Below are positions 48,452 through 57,099 of a DNA stretch of 64,000 nucleotides, piece after piece. The translations under genes were made by a program, and so were the position numbers. The first letter of the stretch is position 1. Each line of letters opens with the position of its first letter. Origin of the DNA: Lachnospiraceae bacterium (GTDB lineage: Bacteria > Bacillota > Clostridia > Lachnospirales > Lachnospiraceae); the NCBI GenBank assembly GCA_022767285.1, contig JALENY010000033.1:40129-104128 (forward strand), read 5' to 3'. The notes below the pieces were generated by a model that did not search any database, was not told the origin of the DNA, and was given only the letters and a program-made list of their open reading frames with translations.

Positions 48452-48988
48452 TTAGTAATTTGTAGCTCGTCTTTCAAAATATGCCTGCGGATGTGCGCAT
48501 ACCGGACATACATCCGGAGCATCGGGACCTGTGTGAACATAACCACAGTTGCGGCATTTCCATCCGAAAGGAGCATCTCCTTTAAATGTATTTCCTTCTT
48601 CAAAGTTCTTAAGGACTTTAAGATAACGCTCCTCATGTCTTGCCTCAACGGAAGCAACTCCATCGAATTTTGCAGCCAGTTCCGGGAAACCTTCTTCTCT
48701 GGCTTCTTTCGCCATTCTTGCATACATTTCTGTATGCTCATAATTTTCTCCTGCAGCAGCATCTTTGAGATTTTCTGCTACACTACCAATTCCCTGAAGC
48801 TCTTTGAACCACATTTTTGCATGTTCTTTTTCCTGATCGGCAGTCTCGGTAAAAATAGCTGCGATCTGCTCATATCCAGCTTTTTTTGCTGCAGAAGCAT
48901 AGTATGTATATTTGTTTCTTGCCTGGGATTCGCCTGCAAAAGCTTCCATCAGGTTTTTCTCTGTTTTTGTGCCGGAATATTTAGACAT
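48452..48988 (-). CDS. rbr: Rubrerythrin
   Basis: An N-terminal ferritin-like diiron domain (two ExxH motifs) and a C-terminal rubredoxin motif, CRNCG...CPVC. Confidence 0.9.
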   Translation of the reverse strand: MSKYSGTKTEKNLMEAFAGESQARNKYTYYASAAKKAGYEQIAAIFTETADQEKEHAKMWFKELQGIGSVAENLKDAAAGENYEHTEMYARMAKEAREEGFPELAAKFDGVASVEARHEERYLKVLKNFEEGNTFKGDAPFGWKCRNCGYVHTGPDAPDVCPVCAHPQAYFERRATNY

Positions 48989-49015
48989 AAGATATCCTCC
49001 TCATAAGATTCTCTG

Positions 49016-49105
49016 TTATATGTATGCCCGAAGGGTATTATACATTATGGTGCGCAGCACCCTCGCCCGGAGAGCATGAATTATGGTATGCCCAAAGGGT
49101 ATAAA
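49016..49105. repeat. Copy of the dispersed hairpin-array repeat family
   Basis: TGTATGCCCGAAGGGTAT, CATTATGGTGCGCAGCACCC and AATTATGGTATGCCCAAAGGGTATA. Confidence 0.65.
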
Positions 49106-49132
49106 AAAGGGGACAGATAATTGTCTATCCCC
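49101..49132 (-). terminator. Terminator after the reverse-rubrerythrin gene
   Basis: On the minus strand, GGGGATAGACA and TATCTGTCCCC form the stem, followed by TTTTTT. Confidence 0.7.
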
Positions 49133-49158
49133 TCTGTGGTTGATTAAAGCACTGCTTT

Positions 49159-49701
49159 TTAGCCGAAGTATCTCTCCAACAGACCTTTGAATGCACGGCC
49201 ATGTCTTGCCTCGTCTTTTGCCATCTCATGAACAGTGTCATGAATAGCGTCAAGGTTAGCAGCTTTTGCACGTTTAGCCAGGTCAAATTTACCAGCAGTT
49301 GCGCCATTCTCAGCGTCTACACGCATCTCAAGGTTTTTCTTTGTGCTGTCGGTAACAACTTCGCCAAGGAGCTCAGCAAATTTAGCTGCATGTTCAGCTT
49401 CTTCGTAAGCTGCTTTTTCCCAGTAAAGACCGATTTCCGGATAACCTTCTCTGTGAGCAACACGTGCCATAGCCAGGTACATACCTACTTCTGAACATTC
49501 ACCTTCGAAGTTTGCTCTTAAGTCTGCGATGATATCTTCGCTAACGCCTTTTGCGATGCCAACAACATGCTCAGCAGCCCATGCAAGTTCACCCTTCTGC
49601 TCGGTGAATTTCTCAGCCGGTGCTTTACAGATCGGACAGAATTCCGGTGCTGCATCTCCCTCGTGAACATATCCGCATACGTTACATACAAATTTTGCCA
49701 T
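49159..49701 (-). CDS. Reverse rubrerythrin (N-terminal rubredoxin, C-terminal diiron ferritin-like domain)
   Basis: [15 protein letters not shown]...CPICKAP comes first. Ferritin-like helices with EGE..E..H motifs follow. Confidence 0.85.
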   Translation of the reverse strand: MAKFVCNVCGYVHEGDAAPEFCPICKAPAEKFTEQKGELAWAAEHVVGIAKGVSEDIIADLRANFEGECSEVGMYLAMARVAHREGYPEIGLYWEKAAYEEAEHAAKFAELLGEVVTDSTKKNLEMRVDAENGATAGKFDLAKRAKAANLDAIHDTVHEMAKDEARHGRAFKGLLERYFG

Positions 49702-49754
49702 AATCTTTTTCTCCTTTACATATAAAATTTTAATTGCTATCAATGATTGATTTA

Positions 49755-49773
49755 ATAATAGTAATTATTACTG
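49755..49773. promoter_or_regulatory. Putative PerR/Fur-type operator
   Basis: ATAATAGTAATTATTACTG lies just downstream of the -10 of the reverse-rubrerythrin promoter. A near-identical copy lies at 50251-50269. Confidence 0.6.
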
Positions 49774-49778
49774 ATTTT

Positions 49779-49807
49779 AATTTACCACATATGATATATT
49801 TTGTCAA
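49779..49807 (-). promoter_or_regulatory. Promoter of the reverse-rubrerythrin gene
   Basis: On the minus strand: TTGACA, 17 nt, TGgTAAATT. Confidence 0.5.
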
Positions 49808-49851
49808 TAAGTATTTCTTCTTTCCGAATCTTTATTTTTGACCCGTTCCGT

Positions 49852-50235
49852 CTATTTTAGACACTGATCGCAGGTGCCGAAAAAGAAGATCGTGTGTCCC
49901 TCGATTTCACCGTTGAAATTTTCCGCCGAAATAACCGGATTGTAGTCGGGAATATGAGCGGGCATGTCGATCAATCGTCCGCATTTCTGACAGATAAAGT
50001 GATTATGCGGTTCCAGATTGGCGTCATAGTGCTCTTTCCCGTCGCCTGCGGTGATTTTTCGAATCTCTCCCAGGTCACATAATAGTCCCAGATTCCGGTA
50101 AACAGTCCCAAGGCTGATGTTTGGAAAAATCAGTTTGATATTTTCATACACTATGTCGGCAGTGGGGTGGTCGTGTCGGTTGGACAGAAATTCTTTGATG
50201 GACTCTCGCTGTCGGCTGTATTTTAGTGTTGCCAT
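49852..50235 (-). CDS. perR: Fur-family peroxide-responsive repressor (PerR-like)
   Basis: A winged helix (SLGTVYRNL), HNHFICQKCG and a C-terminal CDQC. It is adjacent to the rubrerythrin genes. Confidence 0.8.
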   Translation of the reverse strand: MATLKYSRQRESIKEFLSNRHDHPTADIVYENIKLIFPNISLGTVYRNLGLLCDLGEIRKITAGDGKEHYDANLEPHNHFICQKCGRLIDMPAHIPDYNPVISAENFNGEIEGHTIFFFGTCDQCLK

Positions 50236-50250
50236 GCAAACCTCCTTCCG

Positions 50251-50269
50251 ATAATAGTAATGGTTACTG
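50251..50269. promoter_or_regulatory. Putative PerR operator (autoregulatory)
   Basis: ATAATAGTAATGGTTACTG lies between the perR -10 and the RBS. It matches the box at 49755 at 17 of 19 positions. Confidence 0.6.
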
Positions 50270-50277
50270 TTTCTGTT

Positions 50278-50306
50278 ATTATATTATGAAACCATAGACA
50301 TGTCAA
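50278..50306 (-). promoter_or_regulatory. perR promoter
   Basis: On the minus strand: TTGACA, 17 nt, TATAAT. Confidence 0.65.
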
Positions 50307-50452
50307 GGTGAACTTGTTATAATTAAAATGCACGAAAAAATGCAGAGTTACGGTAAAAGATTGATGCTGGAATCTATGGCAGACAATCTGAAAAACAGAC
50401 TTTTGTTTTGTGATTTTTAAGAGAACAGTTTGATATAGAAACGGAGATAGAT

Positions 50453-51217
50453 ATGGGAAAAATGTATCAGTCGGAACACAACGGTTTCCGCACAGCGGAC
50501 AGAAATGCCTGTAAAGACAAATTATTTATTATTATTCCTGCTTATAATGAGGAAGAGATGATATCTTCTGTGATTGAACAGTGGCATAAAGTGGCGGTTT
50601 TAGCGGGAGAAGAAAGCCGGCTTGTGGTAATTGATGACGGCAGCAGAGACAAAACTTATGAAATTATGGAAAAATGTCAGGAAAAATTTCCGCAGCTGAT
50701 CGCACTGACAAAAGAAAACGAGGGACATGGAGCCACGATTCGTTTTGGATATGAATATGCGATCGAAGCGGGAGCGGATTATATTTTTCAGACAGACTCG
50801 GACGGACAGACGCTTCCGGAAGAGTTCCCGAAGTTCTGGCGTCACAGAAAGCGCGGAGCGATGATTATCGGAAATCGTATTCACCGGCAGGATGGTTTTG
50901 GACGCCTGTTGGTTACGAAAGTATTGAAGGGTGTTCTTCTGGCTGTCTTTCACGTGAATGTGGCAGATGCCAATACGCCTTTCCGTCTGATAAAAGCGGA
51001 TATTCTGAAAGAGCAGATGCATCTGATTCCGGAAAAATATAATTTGACCAATGTGCTGATCAGCGTGATTTTTGTGAAAAAAAAGCTTGGGGTGGAATTT
51101 CTGCCCATTACCTTCCGACCGCGCCAGGGAGGCACAAACTCAATCAATTTACCCAGGATTATTCGGCTTGGTGGACAGGCATTGCGCGATTTTTACAGAT
51201 TGCGGGGAACAATATAA
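50453..51217 (+). CDS. Family 2 glycosyltransferase (polyprenol-phosphate sugar synthase-like)
   Basis: IIIPAYNEE, VIDDGSRD and QTDSDGQ (DXD region). Confidence 0.8.
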   Translation: MGKMYQSEHNGFRTADRNACKDKLFIIIPAYNEEEMISSVIEQWHKVAVLAGEESRLVVIDDGSRDKTYEIMEKCQEKFPQLIALTKENEGHGATIRFGYEYAIEAGADYIFQTDSDGQTLPEEFPKFWRHRKRGAMIIGNRIHRQDGFGRLLVTKVLKGVLLAVFHVNVADANTPFRLIKADILKEQMHLIPEKYNLTNVLISVIFVKKKLGVEFLPITFRPRQGGTNSINLPRIIRLGGQALRDFYRLRGTI

Positions 51218-51341
51218 CAATATCATATCGGGAAAGAAGGGCTTTTCCGATAACACAGTATAATTATGAAAGGAATGTGAGATATTTTTGTGCAGCGGAT
51301 AAAGGCCGGCTGCACAAAAAAGATTTTCCGCAGGTATATAT

Positions 51342-53600
51342 ATGGCTTTTTTAATCTGGTATTTTCTGATAACGGCGATCGGAATTGGTTTTATGCCATT
51401 GACGGCGCGGCTTTTTTCCGGCTTCCGTGATAAGGGATGGGTTTTCGCCAAATCTCTGAGCATTTTTTTGTCCGGTTATGTCATGTGGGTGTTTTCCTGC
51501 ATGCATTTGCTGAAGTTTTCTGCCTTTAACTGCATTCTGACGGCGCTGGTCTGTGTATGTTTAAATCTGGCATATGCTTTCTTTTGCAGAAAAAAGAAGC
51601 AGTCGTGGCTGAAAGGGATGGATTTTCGTCTGGTTCTGATTGAGGAAGCGCTGTTTCTGCTGATCTTTGGTTTTTGGACCTATGTGGTCTGTTTCGATCC
51701 GGCGGCATACGGAACGGAAAAATTTATGGATTACGGGTTCATGACGACTATGATGCGGGCAGATTACATGCCTCCGACGGACACGTGGTATTCCGGCGAG
51801 ACGATCAATTACTATTACGGCGGTCAGTATCTGGCCGTTTATCTCACAAAGATAACCGGAGTGGGTGCCGGAAAGGGATATAATCTGATGCGGGCGATGA
51901 TCGGCCCGTTTGCGTTCCTGATGCCATTTTCTATCGTATATCAGCTTTTATACTGTATGCAGCTGCATGTGCGGAAGACAGTCGGGACAAAATGGTGTAT
52001 GTTTGGAGGAATCCTCTCCGGGTTTGCCGTATCTTTCTGCGGAAATATGCATTATGTGATATACCGGCTGGGTAAACTGCTGGTGAGTAAGATCCAGGGA
52101 ACGGTTCTGGAAAAATACTACTACTATTATCCGGATTCCACCCGATACATCGGCCATGATCCGTTGGTGGAAACAGATAAGACCATTCATGAGTTTCCAT
52201 CTTATTCGCTGGTGCTGGGTGACCTTCATGCACATATGGCGAACCTTATGTTCGTTCTGATTGTGGTGGGTATTGCTTTTGCATGGGCGCTTCAACAGGA
52301 AGAACAAAAAAACAATTCCTGTTCCGGAAAGGAGAAAATGGGGACTGTATTGAGAAAAGCTTTGTTTCAGCCGGAGATTCTTTTTATGGGATTCTTTACG
52401 GGAATCTTTCGCTGGACGAACTTTTGGGATTTTCCCATTTATTTTGTGGTGGGCGGATGTGTTGTTTTCTTTCTGAATATCTGCATTTACCGGAAATCAT
52501 TGAAGCAATATACAGTCACCACCTTTTTGCAGGCGGCGGAAGTGCTGGTCATAGGATGGGCGGCAAGCCTGCCCTTTACGCTGACCTTTGACAAGATTGC
52601 TTCGAATATCTGGCTGACCCACAGCCATTCAGCTTTTTATCAACTGGTGATTCTCTGGGGACTGCCCTTTGTCATCTGTATCGGTTTCGTTATTTTCTGT
52701 ATCCGCTCCTACTGTGGAAGGAAAGGTCATCACGGCAGAGTGGTCCACAGCGGAGAAAAGGCGCATAGCAGACCGGGTCCGGGAGATGACACCGGAAGTA
52801 CGGCTAAGAGAAGAAAAACAAAACAAAGCGGTATCGTGGGATTTTTCTGCTATCTTAATCCGGCAGACTTCTTTATTTTTCTTATGAGTCTTTGTGCTAT
52901 GGGGTTGATCCTTATGCCGGAGGTTGTTTATGTGGAAGATATTTACACAAACAGTTATCGGGCAAATACCATGTTCAAGCTGACTTATCAGGGCTATATC
53001 CTTTTCGGTATCTGCATGGCTTATATTCTGACCCGTGCGCTGATGCTGGCGGCAAAAGGGGTAAAAGTGCTGGCAGCCATCGGGCTGCTCTGCCTGTCTT
53101 TGACGGGTGGCTTCGGTGTAAATGCCATTCACTCAAAGTACGGAAATATATTTGATCTTGAGCGGTTTAAGGGCCTGGATGCATCGATTTTTCTGGAAGA
53201 CTCCTTCCCGAGTGATCAGGATGCGATCAGATGGCTGAACGAAAATGTGGAAGGACAGCCGGTGGTTCTGGAAGCAAACGGAGACAGCTATACCGGCTAT
53301 CAGAGGGTGTCGGTGACGACAGGATTGCCTACGGTAACCGGATGGTACGTCCATGAGTGGCTGTGGCGAAATGACACAGAGGCACAGAACGCACGGGTTG
53401 CAGATGTAGAAAAGATATATACTTCCACAGATAAAGAAGAGGTTCTGGGCCTGATCGAAAAATATAAGATCAGTTATATTTATATCGGCACGCTGGAGCG
53501 GGAGAAATTCCCCAACATAAACGATCTGCTTTTGCAGGAAATCGGAACGGTAGCTTACTCCAATGGCGTGGACACGTATATTATGAAGGTTGGACAATGA
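51342..53600 (+). CDS. Large polytopic membrane protein, DUF2298 / YYY-motif family (glycosyltransferase-C-like)
   Basis: INYYYGGQYL signature, more than 12 TM helices and a C-terminal extracytoplasmic domain. Confidence 0.75.
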   Translation: MAFLIWYFLITAIGIGFMPLTARLFSGFRDKGWVFAKSLSIFLSGYVMWVFSCMHLLKFSAFNCILTALVCVCLNLAYAFFCRKKKQSWLKGMDFRLVLIEEALFLLIFGFWTYVVCFDPAAYGTEKFMDYGFMTTMMRADYMPPTDTWYSGETINYYYGGQYLAVYLTKITGVGAGKGYNLMRAMIGPFAFLMPFSIVYQLLYCMQLHVRKTVGTKWCMFGGILSGFAVSFCGNMHYVIYRLGKLLVSKIQGTVLEKYYYYYPDSTRYIGHDPLVETDKTIHEFPSYSLVLGDLHAHMANLMFVLIVVGIAFAWALQQEEQKNNSCSGKEKMGTVLRKALFQPEILFMGFFTGIFRWTNFWDFPIYFVVGGCVVFFLNICIYRKSLKQYTVTTFLQAAEVLVIGWAASLPFTLTFDKIASNIWLTHSHSAFYQLVILWGLPFVICIGFVIFCIRSYCGRKGHHGRVVHSGEKAHSRPGPGDDTGSTAKRRKTKQSGIVGFFCYLNPADFFIFLMSLCAMGLILMPEVVYVEDIYTNSYRANTMFKLTYQGYILFGICMAYILTRALMLAAKGVKVLAAIGLLCLSLTGGFGVNAIHSKYGNIFDLERFKGLDASIFLEDSFPSDQDAIRWLNENVEGQPVVLEANGDSYTGYQRVSVTTGLPTVTGWYVHEWLWRNDTEAQNARVADVEKIYTSTDKEEVLGLIEKYKISYIYIGTLEREKFPNINDLLLQEIGTVAYSNGVDTYIMKVGQ

Positions 53601-53693
53601 AGAATGTCCCATTCGGTTCCGGCAGATGAAATACTCTGGAAAGTCAGAAATCCTTGAAAACAAAAGAGAAACTGTGTATACTATATTCTATTA

Positions 53694-53851
53694 GACGGTT
53701 TGCCCGACGGAATGGTATACCTGAAGGCATACCATAATGCACGTCCTTCGGGCTGGGGTCTTGCGCACTATAAAGCATGCCCCAATGCATGTTCTTCAAG
53801 CGGAGGTGCCCGTACTATAATGTATACCCATAGGACATACCGTAATGCATG
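53694..53851. repeat. Largest copy of the dispersed hairpin-array repeat family (upstream of metG)
   Basis: It contains ATGGTATACC-TGAA-GGCATACCAT (53712-53735), plus CCATAATGCACGTCCTTCGGG, CTATAATGTATACCC and CCGTAATGCATG. Confidence 0.7.
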
Positions 53852-53891
53852 ATTTACAAGATTTTTTAATAAATTAGGAGGAGATTTTGTG

Positions 53892-55859
53892 ATGGAGAAA
53901 AAAGGAAAATACTATATAACGACGGCCATTGCCTATACATCCGGCAAACCGCATATCGGCAATACCTACGAGGCAGTTCTTGCAGACAGCATTGCCCGCT
54001 TTAAGAGACAGCAGGGATATGACGTGTTTTTCCAGACCGGAACGGACGAGCACGGTCAGAAAGTAGAATTAAAAGCTGCAGATAAGGGAGTTACGCCCAA
54101 GGAGTTCGTGGATGATGTAGCCGGTCAGATCAAGAATATCTGGGATCTGATGAATACTTCTTATGATAAATTTATCCGTACCACAGATGCGGATCATGAG
54201 GCCCAGGTACAGAAGATCTTCAAAAAAATGTATGAAAAAGGTGACATTTATAAAGGATATTATGAGGGGCTGTACTGTACCCCCTGTGAGTCATTTTTTA
54301 CAGAATCCCAGCTGGTAGACGGAAAATGCCCGGACTGTGGCCGCGAAGTAATCCCGGCAAAGGAAGAGGCATATTTCTTCAAAATGAGCAAATATGCGGA
54401 TCGTCTGATCCAGTATATCAATGAGCATCCGGAATTCATTCAGCCGGTTTCCCGTAAGAATGAGATGATGAATAATTTCCTGCTTCCGGGTCTTCAGGAT
54501 CTCTGTGTTTCCAGAACATCTTTCAAATGGGGTATTCCGGTGGATTTTGATCCGAAACATGTTGTGTATGTATGGTTGGATGCATTGACCAACTACATCA
54601 CCGGTATCGGATATGACTGTGACGGAAACAGCAGTGAACTGTTTGAGAAAATGTGGCCGGCAGACCTGCATTTGATCGGAAAAGATATCATTCGTTTCCA
54701 TACGATTTACTGGCCGATTTTCCTGATGTCTCTGGATCTGCCTCTTCCGAAGCAGGTATTCGGACATCCGTGGCTTCTGCAGGGCGATGGAAAAATGAGT
54801 AAATCCAAAGGCAACGTGATTTACGCAGATGACCTTGTGAACTTCTTCGGTGTAGATGCGGTGCGTTTCTTTGTGCTTCACGAAATGCCTTTTGAAAACG
54901 ACGGCGTAATCACCTGGGAGCTGATGGTAGAGCGTATGAATTCCGAGTTGGCCAATACTTTGGGAAATCTGGTAAATCGTACGATCTCCATGTCCAATAA
55001 ATATTTTGGCGGTGTTGTGACCAACACAGGTGTCAATGAACCGGTGGACGAAGAACTGAAAAAAGTTGTCCTGGGGGCTTCTGCAAAGGTTCAGGCCAAG
55101 ATGGATGATCTTCGTGTGGCAGATGCCATCACAGAAGTATTTACCGTATTCAAACGCTGCAACAAATACATTGATGAGACTATGCCCTGGGCTCTGGCAA
55201 AAGACGAGACTAAAAAGGACCGTTTGGCAACAGTGCTGTATAACCTGGTGGAGGGTATTTCTATCGGTACAACACTTCTGGAAGCTTTTATGCCGGAAAC
55301 AACCGAGCGTATCTTTGCACAGTTGAACGGTGTGAAGAGAACGCTGGATGAGTGTGAGACCTGGGGTCTGTATCCGTCCGGCAGCAAAGTGACCGAAAAG
55401 CCGGAAATTCTGTTTGCAAGACTGGATGTAAAAGAAGTTATGGAAAAAGTAGAAGTTATGCAGGCCGAGCAGGCTGCTGCTGCAGGTAAGACAGAGGAGC
55501 CGGAAGAACCGGTGATCGATATGGAACCCAAGGCTGAAATTACGTTTGAGGATTTTGAGAAAATGCAATTTCAGGTCGGTGAGATCATTGCATGTGAACC
55601 TGTTAAAAAATCCAAAAAACTTCTGTGCTCTCAGGTAAAAATCGGAAGTCAGGTAAAACAAATCGTATCCGGAATTAAATCTGCTTACTCACCGGAAGAA
55701 ATGGTCGGTAAAAAAGTAATGGTACTGGTCAATTTAAAACCTGCAAAACTGGCAGGAGTCCTCTCGGAAGGAATGCTTTTGTGTGCAGAGGATGCAGAAG
55801 GCAACTTAAGTCTTCTGACTCCGGAACGCGAGATGCCGGCAGGCGCAGAGATTTGTTAA
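53892..55859 (+). CDS. metG: Methionine--tRNA ligase with C-terminal tRNA-binding (EMAP-like) domain
   Basis: AYTSGKPHIGN (HIGH), KMSKSKGN (KMSKS), Zn knuckles CTPC...CPDC and a C-terminal OB domain. An AGGAGGAG RBS is present. Confidence 0.95.
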   Translation: MEKKGKYYITTAIAYTSGKPHIGNTYEAVLADSIARFKRQQGYDVFFQTGTDEHGQKVELKAADKGVTPKEFVDDVAGQIKNIWDLMNTSYDKFIRTTDADHEAQVQKIFKKMYEKGDIYKGYYEGLYCTPCESFFTESQLVDGKCPDCGREVIPAKEEAYFFKMSKYADRLIQYINEHPEFIQPVSRKNEMMNNFLLPGLQDLCVSRTSFKWGIPVDFDPKHVVYVWLDALTNYITGIGYDCDGNSSELFEKMWPADLHLIGKDIIRFHTIYWPIFLMSLDLPLPKQVFGHPWLLQGDGKMSKSKGNVIYADDLVNFFGVDAVRFFVLHEMPFENDGVITWELMVERMNSELANTLGNLVNRTISMSNKYFGGVVTNTGVNEPVDEELKKVVLGASAKVQAKMDDLRVADAITEVFTVFKRCNKYIDETMPWALAKDETKKDRLATVLYNLVEGISIGTTLLEAFMPETTERIFAQLNGVKRTLDECETWGLYPSGSKVTEKPEILFARLDVKEVMEKVEVMQAEQAAAAGKTEEPEEPVIDMEPKAEITFEDFEKMQFQVGEIIACEPVKKSKKLLCSQVKIGSQVKQIVSGIKSAYSPEEMVGKKVMVLVNLKPAKLAGVLSEGMLLCAEDAEGNLSLLTPEREMPAGAEIC

Positions 55860-55860
55860 A

Positions 55861-55945
55861 AGTATACCTGAAGGGTATACCGCAGTGCATGCCCTTCGGG
55901 CGGAAGTGTTTCGCATCATAATGTATACCCATCCGGGTATACCGG
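55861..55945. repeat. Copy of the dispersed hairpin-array repeat family (downstream of metG)
   Basis: GTATACC-TGAAG-GGTATAC (55862-55880), GCATGCCCTTCGGGC and GTATACCC-ATCC-GGGTATAC (55923-55942). The last two are linked by CATCATAATG. Confidence 0.7.
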
Positions 55946-55968
55946 AATATTTTGTCTTATTTGATATA

Positions 55969-56005
55969 CGCCGCCGGTGGGATCACCCTGCCGGCGGTTA
56001 TTTCC
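55969..56005 (+). terminator. Probable metG terminator
   Basis: CGCCGCCGG and CCGGCGG form the stem, followed by TTATTTCC. Confidence 0.5.
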
Positions 56006-56043
56006 ATATTAACAGTTGAGAGAGACTCGAGGGAGGAACTTAT

Positions 56044-56838
56044 ATGATATTTGAAACACATGCCCATTATGACAGCCAACAGTTTGACCCGGATAGGGAT
56101 GAACTGATTGTCGCTATGCACGATCACGGTATAGAACGTATCATTAACGTCTGTGCGGAAGTGGACAATTGGGAGCGAACGGTGGATCTGATGGAAAAAT
56201 ATCCGTTTGTATATGGGGCTGTCGGGGTTCATCCGGATGATGTGGGTGCATTGGATGAGGGATGGATCCGGAGAATGGAAGAACTGTGCAGACACGAAAA
56301 AACGGTGGCGGTAGGAGAAATCGGATTAGATTATTACTGGGACAAGGAGCAGCACGAATCTCAGATTTTCTGGTTTGAGCGTCAGATGGATGTGGCGCGT
56401 GAAGAAAACCTTCCGATCATTGTCCACAGCAGAGAGGCGGCAAAAGATACATTGGATACCATGAAACGGATGAAAGCCGGAGAGATTGGCGGCGTGGTAC
56501 ACTGTTTTTCCTATGGAAAGGAGATGGCCCGTGAGTATCTGAATATGGGTTTTTCGCTGGGCGTCGGCGGTGTCGTTACGTTTAAAAATGCCAGGAAATT
56601 AAAAGAAGTGGTGGAATATGCCCCGCTTACTTCGCTGCTTCTTGAAACAGACTCTCCATATCTGGCTCCTGTACCATACAGGGGAAAGAGAAACAGTGCG
56701 CTTTATATTCCCTATATTGCAGAAGAGATTGCGCAGATTAAAGGGATTTCCGCAGATGAAGTAATTGAAATTACTAGAGAAAATGCTTATCGTGTATTTC
56801 CGAAGAGTAAAAGCGTGCCGGAAATTTGTGAAGAATAA
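56044..56838 (+). CDS. tatD: TatD-family metal-dependent hydrolase/DNase
   Basis: IFETHAHY, GEIGLDYYW, IVHSR, VHCF and ETDSPYL. Confidence 0.9.
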   Translation: MIFETHAHYDSQQFDPDRDELIVAMHDHGIERIINVCAEVDNWERTVDLMEKYPFVYGAVGVHPDDVGALDEGWIRRMEELCRHEKTVAVGEIGLDYYWDKEQHESQIFWFERQMDVAREENLPIIVHSREAAKDTLDTMKRMKAGEIGGVVHCFSYGKEMAREYLNMGFSLGVGGVVTFKNARKLKEVVEYAPLTSLLLETDSPYLAPVPYRGKRNSALYIPYIAEEIAQIKGISADEVIEITRENAYRVFPKSKSVPEICEE

Positions 56839-56870
56839 AAGTATGTCAGGTATCCCTGAAAAAATGATTT

Positions 56871-56907
56871 TTGACCTGTCCATCAACGGACAGGTCAATT
56901 TTGGTTT
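56871..56907 (+). terminator. Terminator after tatD
   Basis: TTGACCTGTCC and GGACAGGTCAA form an 11-bp stem, followed by TTTTGGTTT. Confidence 0.8.
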
Positions 56908-56994
56908 CATAGAGAGTGTGTTTTTGTGAAACAAAAGCGCTTTGCACAGATTACACAGCAGCAGAGTGGAAATGTATTTGTGGGTTGTTTTCTG

Positions 56995-57023
56995 TTGACA
57001 CTCTGTATACCGATTGGTATAAT
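56995..57023 (+). promoter_or_regulatory. Consensus promoter with embedded palindromic operator upstream of the TetR gene
   Basis: TTGACA, 17 nt, TATAAT. The palindrome TATACC-GATT-GGTATA (57006-57021) overlaps the -10. Confidence 0.7.
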
Positions 57024-57099
57024 AATAATATATTTATGGTGATGTCTGCATCAGCAGACATGTCCGTTTAGAAAAGATTTTGCGAGGGAGCGAATCAGG

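Noticed and set aside
53601-53888. T-box leader upstream of metG.
   Set aside because: I could find no T-box consensus (GGTGGTACCGCG-like), no specifier/AGAGA architecture and no terminator/antiterminator pair. The region is instead composed of the dispersed hairpin repeats.
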